From Promethearchaeota archaeon (GTDB taxonomy: Archaea > Asgardarchaeota > Lokiarchaeia > Sigyniarchaeales > SOKP01): a stretch of 14,755 bases of DNA. The notes below the pieces were generated by a model. It saw only the letters and a list, made by a program, of their open reading frames with translations, made no database searches and was not told the origin of the DNA. Both the position numbers and the translations under genes were made by a program. Positions within the stretch are counted from its first letter, which is position 1. Each line of letters starts with the position of its first letter. The stretch covers positions 1-14,755 of the forward strand of contig JAHLWH010000072.1 in NCBI GenBank assembly GCA_019058015.1, written 5' to 3'. Below are positions 1 to 7,662 of the stretch, piece by piece.

Positions 1-606
1 AATATATACAGAATCGATTCTGATTTTATCGAAACCAATCAATTCGATGGGTTTCCATATTCCTATATCTGGCAACTTAGGTCCCCAATCCCAACCAAAA
101 GAATATTGTGCTTTTCTAAGAAATGGAACTCCAGGAATAGCATCAGGAGTCTCTTTTAATCGATGACCATATTTTTCAATTTCTTCACGAGCTCTCTGTG
201 TTGGACTATGAATGATAACCTTTATTCTGTTTCCAGAGTTTTTTATATAATTTTTTACATCAAATTCATAACTACGGAACATATTATTCGTTGTTCCAAT
301 ATAATTATTATTTAGTTTAATTTCTGAAATTGTATCAATACCATTAAATTGGAGAATAACATTTTCAAGCTTCAATATATCGTCAGGGACATCGAAAGTT
401 GTTTCATATTGCCAATCTGATTCATATACCCAAGACATTTCATGCTCATGCATCCCATAAAATGGATCTTCAATAATATTATTTTCGCGTAAAGCTTCAT
501 ACACCGAACCGGGTACTGAAGCAGGAATATTGATTGATCTAGCTTCATTTTTTAAACTCCATTCACCATTTAAAGAAATTTTCCCTATTTTTTCCATCGT
601 TGTCAT
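1..606 (-). CDS. Glycoside hydrolase family 2, beta-mannosidase-like (N-terminal part; runs off the window start)
   Basis: Not in the ORF track. Manual minus-strand translation from ATG 606 (alternative 597) gives MTTMEKIGKISLNGEW...PASVPGSV...DPFYG...FNGIDT...NMFR...LRKAQYSFGWDWGPKLPDIGIWKPI, open to position 1. RKxQxSFGWDWGP is typical of GH2 beta-mannosidases. Confidence 0.9.
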   Translation of the reverse strand, partial: MTTMEKIGKISLNGEWSLKNEARSINIPASVPGSVYEALRENNIIEDPFYGMHEHEMSWVYESDWQYETTFDVPDDILKLENVILQFNGIDTISEIKLNNNYIGTTNNMFRSYEFDVKNYIKNSGNRIKVIIHSPTQRAREEIEKYGHRLKETPDAIPGVPFLRKAQYSFGWDWGPKLPDIGIWKPIELIGFDKIRIDSVYI

Positions 607-669
607 CTTTTTTTGGGAGATATAATTTAAAAAAAAACATATCTTGTAAATTATTTATAAATAATCAAA

Positions 670-1431
670 TTACTTAGATAAAAAAAAGTTAGACAAAGTT
701 TTAGATAATATGCGAATTACTTTTAAATAAAGCTTTTCATCATTATACCGAATATCATCTGAAAATTCTATTTGCATTGATTTGGAAAAATCATAATTTT
801 CTGCACCATATTTTTGAGTTATATATCCACCAGTTAGAACATATTCTTTTTGCCTTGGCCATATAGGTGCAGCAAAAATATTATTTTTATGTAATTCTTC
901 AATAATTAAATTTCGTATGTTTTTATGTTTCTCATTTTTGGGCTGACCTTCAGGAAATAATGTTTGTAAATTTTTCGTACCAATTACTATCTCTACATCC
1001 ATGAAGCTGGGTGGTCTCTTGGACTTTTCAAAACCGTGAATATCAATTAGATATGAAACTTTCCAATTTTGAAAATTATAAAAAAGTAATTTTTTCAGAT
1101 TTTCATGAAAATCATTATATATTTTTTCAGATAATTTTGAATCAGCTGGGTATGCTTCGCTAGGCGGTCTATTAAAGTCTATTCGACTTCTATGAACATC
1201 TGAAAAGATTAATGAGGGAGTTTTTTGGGTTTTAAAGTTTTTTTGACTATAGTTTTGAATTGATTCTTTTAACTTTAATGCAATTTTGATTGTATTTTTA
1301 TCTATTCCCTTTATTCCCGATTCTCTCTCGTATAAAATGTCTTCGAATTTATTTGTACCCCCATGGGGAATTGATAAGATTAGAGGAATATTTCCTTTAT
1401 TACAAATTATAAATATATTTTCATTCATCAT
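670..1431 (-). CDS. N-formylglutamate amidohydrolase-family Zn-dependent hydrolase
   Basis: 253 aa. Motifs SIPHGG, DFNR, IDIHG, GGYITQKYG and MQIE match the FGase-like family. The true substrate is uncertain. Confidence 0.75.
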   Translation of the reverse strand: MMNENIFIICNKGNIPLILSIPHGGTNKFEDILYERESGIKGIDKNTIKIALKLKESIQNYSQKNFKTQKTPSLIFSDVHRSRIDFNRPPSEAYPADSKLSEKIYNDFHENLKKLLFYNFQNWKVSYLIDIHGFEKSKRPPSFMDVEIVIGTKNLQTLFPEGQPKNEKHKNIRNLIIEELHKNNIFAAPIWPRQKEYVLTGGYITQKYGAENYDFSKSMQIEFSDDIRYNDEKLYLKVIRILSKTLSNFFLSK

Positions 1432-1559
1432 GGAATAATTGATTTTTCAAATAGAAGTGAGTTATTATCAATTAAAGTTTCTTTAGATAGATATAATTTA
1501 GTTCAAAATTTATAAATAAATGAAATTAAAAAATTTAAAAATATAAAGTTGATCTGATT

Positions 1560-2675
1560 ATGATTATTGGAATTCCAAAAGAAATTAAAGCTGGTGAAGG
1601 AAGAGTCAGTTTAACTCCAGCTAATGTTGAAGATTTAGTTCAAATGGGCCATAATGTAAATATAGAACACGAAGCTGGCAAGATCGCAGGTTTTTCAGAT
1701 TCAAAGTATTTTAAAGCCGGTGGGAAAATTATTGATTCAAAAAAGAAAACATATTCGGAATCAGAAATAGTTGTGAAAGTAAAGGACCCATTTGCCGAAG
1801 AATTCAATTATTTTAACCCAGGTCCTATTTTGTTTTCATTTTTACATTTAGCAGCAAATAGAGAATTAACTCGAACATTTGTTAATGGTAAATCTATAAC
1901 TTTAGCATTTGAATCAGTTGAATTAGAAAATGGCCAATTACCAATTTTAATACCAATGTCAGAAGTTGCAGGAAGAATCGGGGCAATAGTTGGTTCAAAT
2001 CTATTATCCATAAAAAATAAAGGTTCTGGAGTATTATTAGGAGGATCATCTGGTGTTCACCCCGGGTATGTAGTAATTTTGGGGGGAGGGACTGCTGGTA
2101 AGAATGCAGCATTAGTAGCGGCTGGATTAGGAGCTCAAGTAATAATTCTAGAGAAAAATAATAAGACAATAAGAGATTTAAACAATATTTTACCAAAGGA
2201 AATTACTGTAATAAAATCAAATTTGAAAAATTTAAGAGAGTATGTAAAATTAGCCGATCTCTTAATAGGGACTGTCCTAATTCCAAATGCTAAAGCTCCA
2301 AGAATAATATCTAGAGAAATGGTAAAAAGTATGAGATCTGGTTCCGTAATCGTAGATATTTCTATAGATCAAGGTGGATGCATAGAAACAAGCCGACCAA
2401 CAAGTCATGATAATCCCACTTTTATTGAAGAAGGAGTTACTCATTATTGCGTAACTAATATGCCGGGAGCATACCCTAGAACCGCAACTGAAGCATTGTC
2501 TGAAAATTTATTCCCATATCTAGTTGATTTAATTTCAGATGAAGATATTAACAAAGTATTAAAAAATAACGCTCCATTGAGAAAAAGTGTTAATACTTTC
2601 AAGGGAAATGTTGTTTTAAAACCAGTAGCAGATGAATTTGGATATCCATATAAGCCAATAGAAGAACTTTTATGA
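1560..2675 (+). CDS. ald: Alanine dehydrogenase (bacterial AlaDH/PNT type)
   Basis: 371 aa. [14 protein letters not shown] start, [20 protein letters not shown] Rossmann motif, [27 protein letters not shown]. Confidence 0.95.
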   Translation: MIIGIPKEIKAGEGRVSLTPANVEDLVQMGHNVNIEHEAGKIAGFSDSKYFKAGGKIIDSKKKTYSESEIVVKVKDPFAEEFNYFNPGPILFSFLHLAANRELTRTFVNGKSITLAFESVELENGQLPILIPMSEVAGRIGAIVGSNLLSIKNKGSGVLLGGSSGVHPGYVVILGGGTAGKNAALVAAGLGAQVIILEKNNKTIRDLNNILPKEITVIKSNLKNLREYVKLADLLIGTVLIPNAKAPRIISREMVKSMRSGSVIVDISIDQGGCIETSRPTSHDNPTFIEEGVTHYCVTNMPGAYPRTATEALSENLFPYLVDLISDEDINKVLKNNAPLRKSVNTFKGNVVLKPVADEFGYPYKPIEELL

Positions 2676-3599
2676 TAAAATATAACCATTATCTTCTTTT
2701 TTTATCATTCCTTTTTGCATAAGACGATCAAAATGATTTTGAATTATAAAATCCTCCGAGATGACAAGATAGTTTGCGAATTCTCCTTCATAATTTTTAT
2801 ATACTATACGTTTTTTAATTAAATCCTTGGTAGTTTTAGGAATTTTCTCACTTAAAAGGTTAAGCACTTTATTATCCCTTTCATAAATAACATTTAAATA
2901 GCGTTTTAAAGCATCTGCTATTATTTTTTTTCCGGTAAATAGACCATTATGTCCAGAGATGGCATAATCAATATCTAAACTCAAAATTTTTTTAATGGAT
3001 TCTTCGAACTCGTTTACATTTGCATCTTGACAGAGATACATTGGTCCTAACTTTGATAAATCAATATCTGCCAAAAAAATTATTTTACTTTTAGGTTCAA
3101 AAAAGCTACAATGCCCAGCAGTATGTCCTGGTGTATGAATTACTCGAACGCTTAAATCATCTTTTATAGGAATTAAATCATTATCTCGTATTATTTTAAT
3201 ATCATTTAAAGGCTCAATTTTTAAAAACTGCATAATTGGAAAAAATTCTTTTTCGGCTGGTGTTCCTTTGACCCCATACAAATCTATGAATAAATCTAAA
3301 TCTCTAAGAGGAGGAATATCCAGATTATGGCAATAATATTCATGTTTTTTAAATAGAGCGCAACCTGACACATGGTCTTCATGCCAGTGACTAAGATAGG
3401 TCTTTTGGATCTTAAATTCTCTCTTCAATTTCCTGATTAGTCTATGACCGATTCCATTATCAAAAAGGATTGCTGAATGACTATTTTTTTCTATTTGGAC
3501 TAATAATGAGTTGGAATAAGGATATCTCGCTCGATTATTACCATAAACAATGTAAAATTCTGGAAATTCTTCCGATATTTGAGAACAAAATTGTAGCAT
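2670..3599 (-). CDS. Metallo-beta-lactamase-fold hydrolase with probable C-terminal winged-helix-like domain
   Basis: 309 aa. HWHEDH (HxHxDH), [13 protein letters not shown] and SGH metal-ligand motifs. Its 3' end overlaps ald convergently by 6 bp. Confidence 0.85.
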   Translation of the reverse strand: MLQFCSQISEEFPEFYIVYGNNRARYPYSNSLLVQIEKNSHSAILFDNGIGHRLIRKLKREFKIQKTYLSHWHEDHVSGCALFKKHEYYCHNLDIPPLRDLDLFIDLYGVKGTPAEKEFFPIMQFLKIEPLNDIKIIRDNDLIPIKDDLSVRVIHTPGHTAGHCSFFEPKSKIIFLADIDLSKLGPMYLCQDANVNEFEESIKKILSLDIDYAISGHNGLFTGKKIIADALKRYLNVIYERDNKVLNLLSEKIPKTTKDLIKKRIVYKNYEGEFANYLVISEDFIIQNHFDRLMQKGMIKKEDNGYILS

Positions 3600-3670
3600 A
3601 TCTGTTAATCATTAAGAACAATGAGATTTAAAATTTATTAATATTTAATATTATATAATTTCCCTTTTTT

Positions 3671-4441
3671 TTAGTGTTTCCCTGTTGGAAATTGTGTAAT
3701 TCTACGTTTAACCCCTTCAGATTGGCCTGTTTCCATCATTGCAATTGCTTCACTATCTAGAACAGCTTCAATACTTTTATCTTGGTTTTCGTTTACTAAT
3801 TTTTTAGTTATACGAAGTGCTAAATGATCCTTTTGTACAATTGAGTTAGCAGTACGTCTAAGAACCCTTCTAAGGCCTTCACGCTTGCAAACAATATTAA
3901 TCAAACCTATGTTAAGGGCTTCTTCTGCACTAATTTCATTACCCAAATAAAATAACTGTTTGGCTCGGCTTTCACCAACTATTCGTGGTAATAATTTTGT
4001 AGAAGCATTCGAAAAGAAAAGACCCATGCTCAATTCTGGAAGCATAATCCTAGTATCAGCAGCAGCGATTCTCAAATCACAGCAAAGTAATTGTTCAAAA
4101 CCTCCTCCAATGACCCATCCATGAAGACCAGCAATAATTACCCCAGAATGTGCCAACATAGCTCTTGTTAATACTTGCCAGCTTTGTAGAAACTCCATTG
4201 CTTCAGCCAATCTATCAGGATTGGTAAGTAACTCATAGCCATATTTGAGATCAGCACCAACCGTGAAATGTTTTCCTTCAGCAGCATATATTACACAAAC
4301 ATCTCCATTCTTAGCGCTTTTATTGAAGGCTTCAATTAATTTGTTATTCGTATTTAAGTCTAAAGAGTTGCGCTGTTCTGGTTTATTTATTGTAATTTTA
4401 CCAATATCTCCTTCTTTTTCATATAAAACAATATCTTCCAT
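3671..4441 (-). CDS. Enoyl-CoA hydratase/isomerase (crotonase) family protein
   Basis: 256 aa. INKPEQRNSL, FTVGADL oxyanion loop, GGGFE and LPE (both catalytic Glu positions), CDLRIA. GAGGT RBS at 4449-4453 on the minus strand. Confidence 0.92.
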   Translation of the reverse strand: MEDIVLYEKEGDIGKITINKPEQRNSLDLNTNNKLIEAFNKSAKNGDVCVIYAAEGKHFTVGADLKYGYELLTNPDRLAEAMEFLQSWQVLTRAMLAHSGVIIAGLHGWVIGGGFEQLLCCDLRIAAADTRIMLPELSMGLFFSNASTKLLPRIVGESRAKQLFYLGNEISAEEALNIGLINIVCKREGLRRVLRRTANSIVQKDHLALRITKKLVNENQDKSIEAVLDSEAIAMMETGQSEGVKRRITQFPTGKH

Positions 4442-4585
4442 AGTAATTACCTCTTTTTTGTTTTAAAATTAAATAATGTAGTAATATATTATTGTCAATA
4501 TTTATTTTTTCTACCTTTTAGTATTATTAAGAATTTTCAATTTTTAATATAAAAGAAATAAGTCTTTAGAGAATTATTATTGTAA

Positions 4586-5542
4586 TTATTTCCAAGTCTT
4601 TTTAAATACTCTTAATAAATTCTCATGAGAGATCTTATTAATGTCCTGTTCACTATATCCATGTTCTAGGAGATACTCCCAAAATGCCGGAAATGTCGAG
4701 CAATCCTTAAGAGAGTCGGGGACGGAGGTACCGTCATAATCAGAACCAATAGCGACTGTATTAATGTCTGTTAAATTTATTAGATAATCCATTTGATCTT
4801 TGATCACGTCAAACCCGAGATTAGGATCTTGTTTTCCAGGGTTTTCAGCATTTAAGAAAGCCGTTGAAAAATTTATTCCTATAGTTCCTTTTTTTTCCTG
4901 AATGGCTTTAATTTGATTGTCGGTAAGGTTTCTGGGATGATTTGTAAGTGATCTAGCATTTGAGTGTGTTGCAATAATTGGCTTTTTCGCTATTTCATGT
5001 AAGTCCCAAAATGAAGGATCATTTAAATGAGAGACGTCAATTGTTATACCTAACGATTGTGCTTCAAATATCAATTCTCTACCATTGTCCGTTAATCCGG
5101 ATTTTTTTTGATGCTTTATGAATCTTGCTCCTGTTCCAAATTTATTTGTATTTGCCCAGGTTAGACTTATGCAACGAAGTCCAAGATGATATCCAATTCT
5201 TAAAAGATTAAAATCATCATCAATACCTCCTGCACCTTCAAAATGAAGAATTGCTCCTATTTGCATTGAATCTTTAAGTTTGGAAAAATCATTAATATTT
5301 TTAACTTGTAATAAATGATTATTAGGATCGGTAACCATTTTAAACCATAAATCTAAACCTTTAATTAGGTGATCTATAGTAACTACAGGATAAATGGCAA
5401 ACAATGCTGCTTGGACATTACCCTCTCTCATTCTGGGATAATCACAATGCCCAATTTTAGAACGTTCTGAAAAAGCACGATTCTGCTTTAGGATTTTGGT
5501 TGCAGTATCGATATGGCCATCTATTACAGGAAATTTTGTCAT
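4586..5542 (-). CDS. Membrane dipeptidase family (peptidase M19)
   Basis: 318 aa. IDGHID, HFEG, LTW, IDVSH, ATHSN, RNLTD and GSDYDG motifs. Confidence 0.92.
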   Translation of the reverse strand: MTKFPVIDGHIDTATKILKQNRAFSERSKIGHCDYPRMREGNVQAALFAIYPVVTIDHLIKGLDLWFKMVTDPNNHLLQVKNINDFSKLKDSMQIGAILHFEGAGGIDDDFNLLRIGYHLGLRCISLTWANTNKFGTGARFIKHQKKSGLTDNGRELIFEAQSLGITIDVSHLNDPSFWDLHEIAKKPIIATHSNARSLTNHPRNLTDNQIKAIQEKKGTIGINFSTAFLNAENPGKQDPNLGFDVIKDQMDYLINLTDINTVAIGSDYDGTSVPDSLKDCSTFPAFWEYLLEHGYSEQDINKISHENLLRVFKKTWK

Positions 5543-5809
5543 TTTTAATATGGACTAAATAATTATTATTAGTTTTAATTTAAAATGGGGTTTTACAAAT
5601 AAAAGATAATTCTTTAAAATAAATTTATAATTAATTATTTCTTCTTTTTGACAGGTTAATATTATCAATGAAATAATGAAAAGAGATTAATATTTAAAAA
5701 TTTTTAAGAATTATTTGAAATACTACAAGTTTTATTATAAGCTAACATTATAAAGAATTAATTGTCTCAATATAGGACAATTTAAGTAAATTGTTTTAGG
5801 TTTTTAAGA

Positions 5810-6052
5810 ATGGTAAATGGAACAGTTAAATGGTTTAATAGCCGAAAAGGCTATGGTTTTGTTACTTATGAGGAAGGTTCTGAAGAAAAGGACGTCTTTG
5901 TTCATTTTAGCTCTATTGTATCTGAAGAGGGTAGTTTTAAAACCTTATATGAAGGAGATAAAGTAGAATTTAATGTAACAGAGGGGCAAAAGGGTCCACA
6001 GGCTAGTGATGTAGTAGTGACTGAAAGAGCACCACAACCTCGTAGATATTAA
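5810..6052 (+). CDS. csp: Cold-shock domain protein (CspA family)
   Basis: 80 aa. GTVKWFN, RNP1 KGYGFV, RNP2 DVFVHF, FKTLYEG.VEF, GQKGPQA. Confidence 0.95.
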   Translation: MVNGTVKWFNSRKGYGFVTYEEGSEEKDVFVHFSSIVSEEGSFKTLYEGDKVEFNVTEGQKGPQASDVVVTERAPQPRRY

Positions 6053-6126
6053 AACAAATGTTATTTTCGTAATTGATTAAAAAAGTAAAAAAAAAATTGA
6101 TTAACGAGAATAAAAGAAAATTAGAC

Positions 6127-6200
6127 AAATTAAAAAGAAGAAATAGAACAAAGAATAATCTGCATTACTAATCTTCTTTAATTTTTATTTTTTATTTTTC
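6127..6200 (+). terminator. Putative terminator of csp (imperfect hairpin plus T-rich tract)
   Basis: AAATTAAAAAGAAGAAATAG (6127-6146) pairs imperfectly with CTAATCTTCTTTAATTT (6168-6184). It is followed by a T-rich run to 6199. Confidence 0.45.
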
Positions 6201-6370
6201 AGCAATAAATAACCCAGGTTATTTTTAATTTCCCTTGTTTTCAATTAAAATTTGATTCTGTTTAACTATTTTTACTGTATAGCAATAGAATATGGGTGTA
6301 ACCCCACACCCTCTATCCCATCCGCAGAAACCGCATTTGGGACTACTTTTTTTATTATGTTATACCCAGC
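6197..6370 (-). ncRNA. Putative TnpB omega RNA (reRNA) overlapping the tnpB 3' end, with guide from flanking DNA
   Basis: GC-rich hairpins in AT-rich context on the minus strand: GUCCCA-aa-UGCGG-UUU-CUGCG-ga-UGGGAU (6343-6315) and GGGUGU-GGGGUU-ACACCC (6311-6294). The position is where TnpB omega RNAs are encoded. RNA ends are estimates. Confidence 0.65.
6219..6253. repeat. Inverted repeat at the tnpB 3' (right) end
   Basis: TTATTTTTAATTTCCCTTGTTTTCAATTAAAATTT is 29/35 identical to the reverse complement of 7538-7572, with the first 11 bp perfect. Confidence 0.85.
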
Positions 6371-7462
6371 GTTCACATCAGCATTGATGAGAATTCCTTT
6401 TTGACTCTTAAAAAGACCTCTATTTATTCGCTTTCCCGAATATTTTTTATGCCTTTTGATAGGTTCTTTATCCAAAAAACTGCATTTGGAAGTAAAAGAC
6501 TCCCCAACGATAATAATATCTATACCAACTAAAACTGATTTATATTTAATTTGATTTATTAATTTGAAAAATGGTATTTGAACAAACTTCTGATTATTGA
6601 TCTTTCCTATATTTACTTTCTGCTTCCATGCTCTATTATAACCGATTATTATTGTTCCGAAATTGTTTTCAATACAATAATTAATAACTTTTCTTGAAAT
6701 TTTATGAAATATGTCATTTATTTTGTTGTTCCGTTTTGCTGTAATCCTTTTTAATCTTTTAGTCTCGAACTTAATTCCCTGCTTATCTTTAATTGATTTT
6801 AGTTCCGCAATTCTTTTATTATAGAGTTGATTTATAGATTTAACAATACCGCCTTTAATAATAGTGGGTTTTAACCCTACATTATTTACAATAGTTGCAA
6901 TATTGTTTATCCCTAAATCAATTCCTATAACCCTATCCTTATTTAAATTTAAATTATTTATCTTTCTAGTATATATAATCTCAAAAATATAATATAATTC
7001 CTTAGGAATTATTCTTACTTGATGCAATTGGTCTCTTATTCGAGTTTTAATCGGAGATAAATCTACTTTTTCAGGAAAATGTAGATAACCATTTTTAATT
7101 CTACATTGTTGATTCGTGAAAATAGCAATAAACTCACCGTTTTTCTTCTTATATTTTGGGAGTCTAGGTCTTCCTTGATATTTCTCCGGATGTTCCTTCC
7201 ATTCTTTCATAGAATTAAAGAAAGATTTCCAATTCTTATCTAATAATTTTAATATTTGCTGGGCTGTTTGTGATGGCAATTTTCTATACGGTTCTTTGTC
7301 TTTTAATATATAACATAAATCATAATATCTCAACCAATTACCCAGATAAAAAAATTCTTGCCTAACGTAATAATTTGCTAAATTATATAAATTCTTAGAT
7401 AAATAACATAAACAAGATAAATCCCCCCTTTTCTTCATCTGTATTTGTTCGGTAAGCCTCAT
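6272..7462 (-). CDS. tnpB: TnpB-family RNA-guided endonuclease, RuvC-II-rearranged type
   Basis: 396 aa. N-terminal KNLYN and LPSQTAQQIL, RuvC-I GIDLG (D182), IIIG (G274) at the usual RuvC-II Glu position, ESFTSK (E321), RuvC-III NADVNAGYNI (D362). Confidence 0.93.
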   Translation of the reverse strand: MRLTEQIQMKKRGDLSCLCYLSKNLYNLANYYVRQEFFYLGNWLRYYDLCYILKDKEPYRKLPSQTAQQILKLLDKNWKSFFNSMKEWKEHPEKYQGRPRLPKYKKKNGEFIAIFTNQQCRIKNGYLHFPEKVDLSPIKTRIRDQLHQVRIIPKELYYIFEIIYTRKINNLNLNKDRVIGIDLGINNIATIVNNVGLKPTIIKGGIVKSINQLYNKRIAELKSIKDKQGIKFETKRLKRITAKRNNKINDIFHKISRKVINYCIENNFGTIIIGYNRAWKQKVNIGKINNQKFVQIPFFKLINQIKYKSVLVGIDIIIVGESFTSKCSFLDKEPIKRHKKYSGKRINRGLFKSQKGILINADVNAGYNIIKKVVPNAVSADGIEGVGLHPYSIAIQ

Positions 7463-7489
7463 TGGTATAAAATAAAATATTTTTTTGTC

Positions 7490-7497
7490 TTTATAAA
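7490..7497 (-). promoter_or_regulatory. Putative archaeal TATA box for tnpB (leaderless)
   Basis: TTTATAAA on the minus strand ends 28 nt upstream of the tnpB ATG (7462), with no RBS evident. The AT-rich background limits confidence. Confidence 0.45.
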
Positions 7498-7537
7498 TAA
7501 AAAGAGAGCATAGATTTATCTTAAAATATATTCAAAA

Positions 7538-7572
7538 AAAATTTAATGAATAACAAGGGGTATTAAAAATAA
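7538..7572. repeat. Inverted repeat at the tnpB 5' (left) end
   Basis: AAAATTTAATGAATAACAAGGGGTATTAAAAATAA; its reverse complement matches 6219-6253 at 29/35. Confidence 0.85.
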
Positions 7573-7662
7573 ACCAAGACCATAATTCTGCTTATTCTCA
7601 TCTTTTCCATCAATACTTTTTTTCACAAATTCCTCTTTTGAACTTGCCACCTGAGTATTCAT
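7543..7662 (-). pseudogene. Small ORF translationally coupled to abrB and interrupted by the TnpB element
   Basis: TAATG stop/start overlap with abrB at 7664-7660. Reads MNTQVASSKEEFVKKSIDGKDENKQNYGLG, then LFLIPLVIH* from element DNA (39 aa). The in-frame remainder LFIAEK* lies at 6212-6192. Confidence 0.5.

Larger units (their letters stand above)
6213..7578 (-). mobile_element. Non-autonomous solo-TnpB element (IS1341-like gene content) with inverted-repeat ends
   Basis: Single tnpB and no tnpA between 35-bp inverted repeats (6219-6253 and 7538-7572). These are flanked by related 6-mers CCCAGG (6213-6218) and ACCAAG (7573-7578) sharing CCA. Excision restores an ORF. Exact ends are uncertain within the 6-mers. 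Confidence 0.8.

Noticed and set aside
2670-2675. Convergent 6-bp overlap of ald and the MBL hydrolase
   Set aside because: Short stop-codon overlaps are common in compact AT-rich genomes and are not informative.
1808-2689. Minus-strand ORFs 1808..2011, 1894..2196 and 2444..2689
   Set aside because: Antisense shadows of the well-supported ald gene, with no motifs.
4245-4466. 73-aa plus-strand ORF
   Set aside because: Antisense to the enoyl-CoA hydratase gene, with no independent support.
6061-6113. Eukaryote-like SECIS or K-turn element (two UGA motifs in the hairpin)
   Set aside because: No helix can form between the two UGA motifs because the loop is nearly all A, and csp has no in-frame UGA.
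6272-7462. TnpB as a nuclease-dead TldR-like repressor
   Set aside because: Both catalytic Asp residues are intact, the missing Glu has a plausible replacement (E321), and mobile-element ends are preserved.
7463-7661. Remnant tnpA (Y1 or serine recombinase) upstream of tnpB
   Set aside because: Only about 75 bp separate the tnpB start from the inverted repeat, and no HUH or resolvase-like coding remnant was seen.
7543-7662. Reconstructed YGLGLFIA as a histidine-kinase G2 box, or the small ORF as the toxin of an AbrB antitoxin
   Set aside because: The peptide is only 36 aa, with no other HATPase boxes and no PIN/MazF/RelE features. The resemblance is too short to call.
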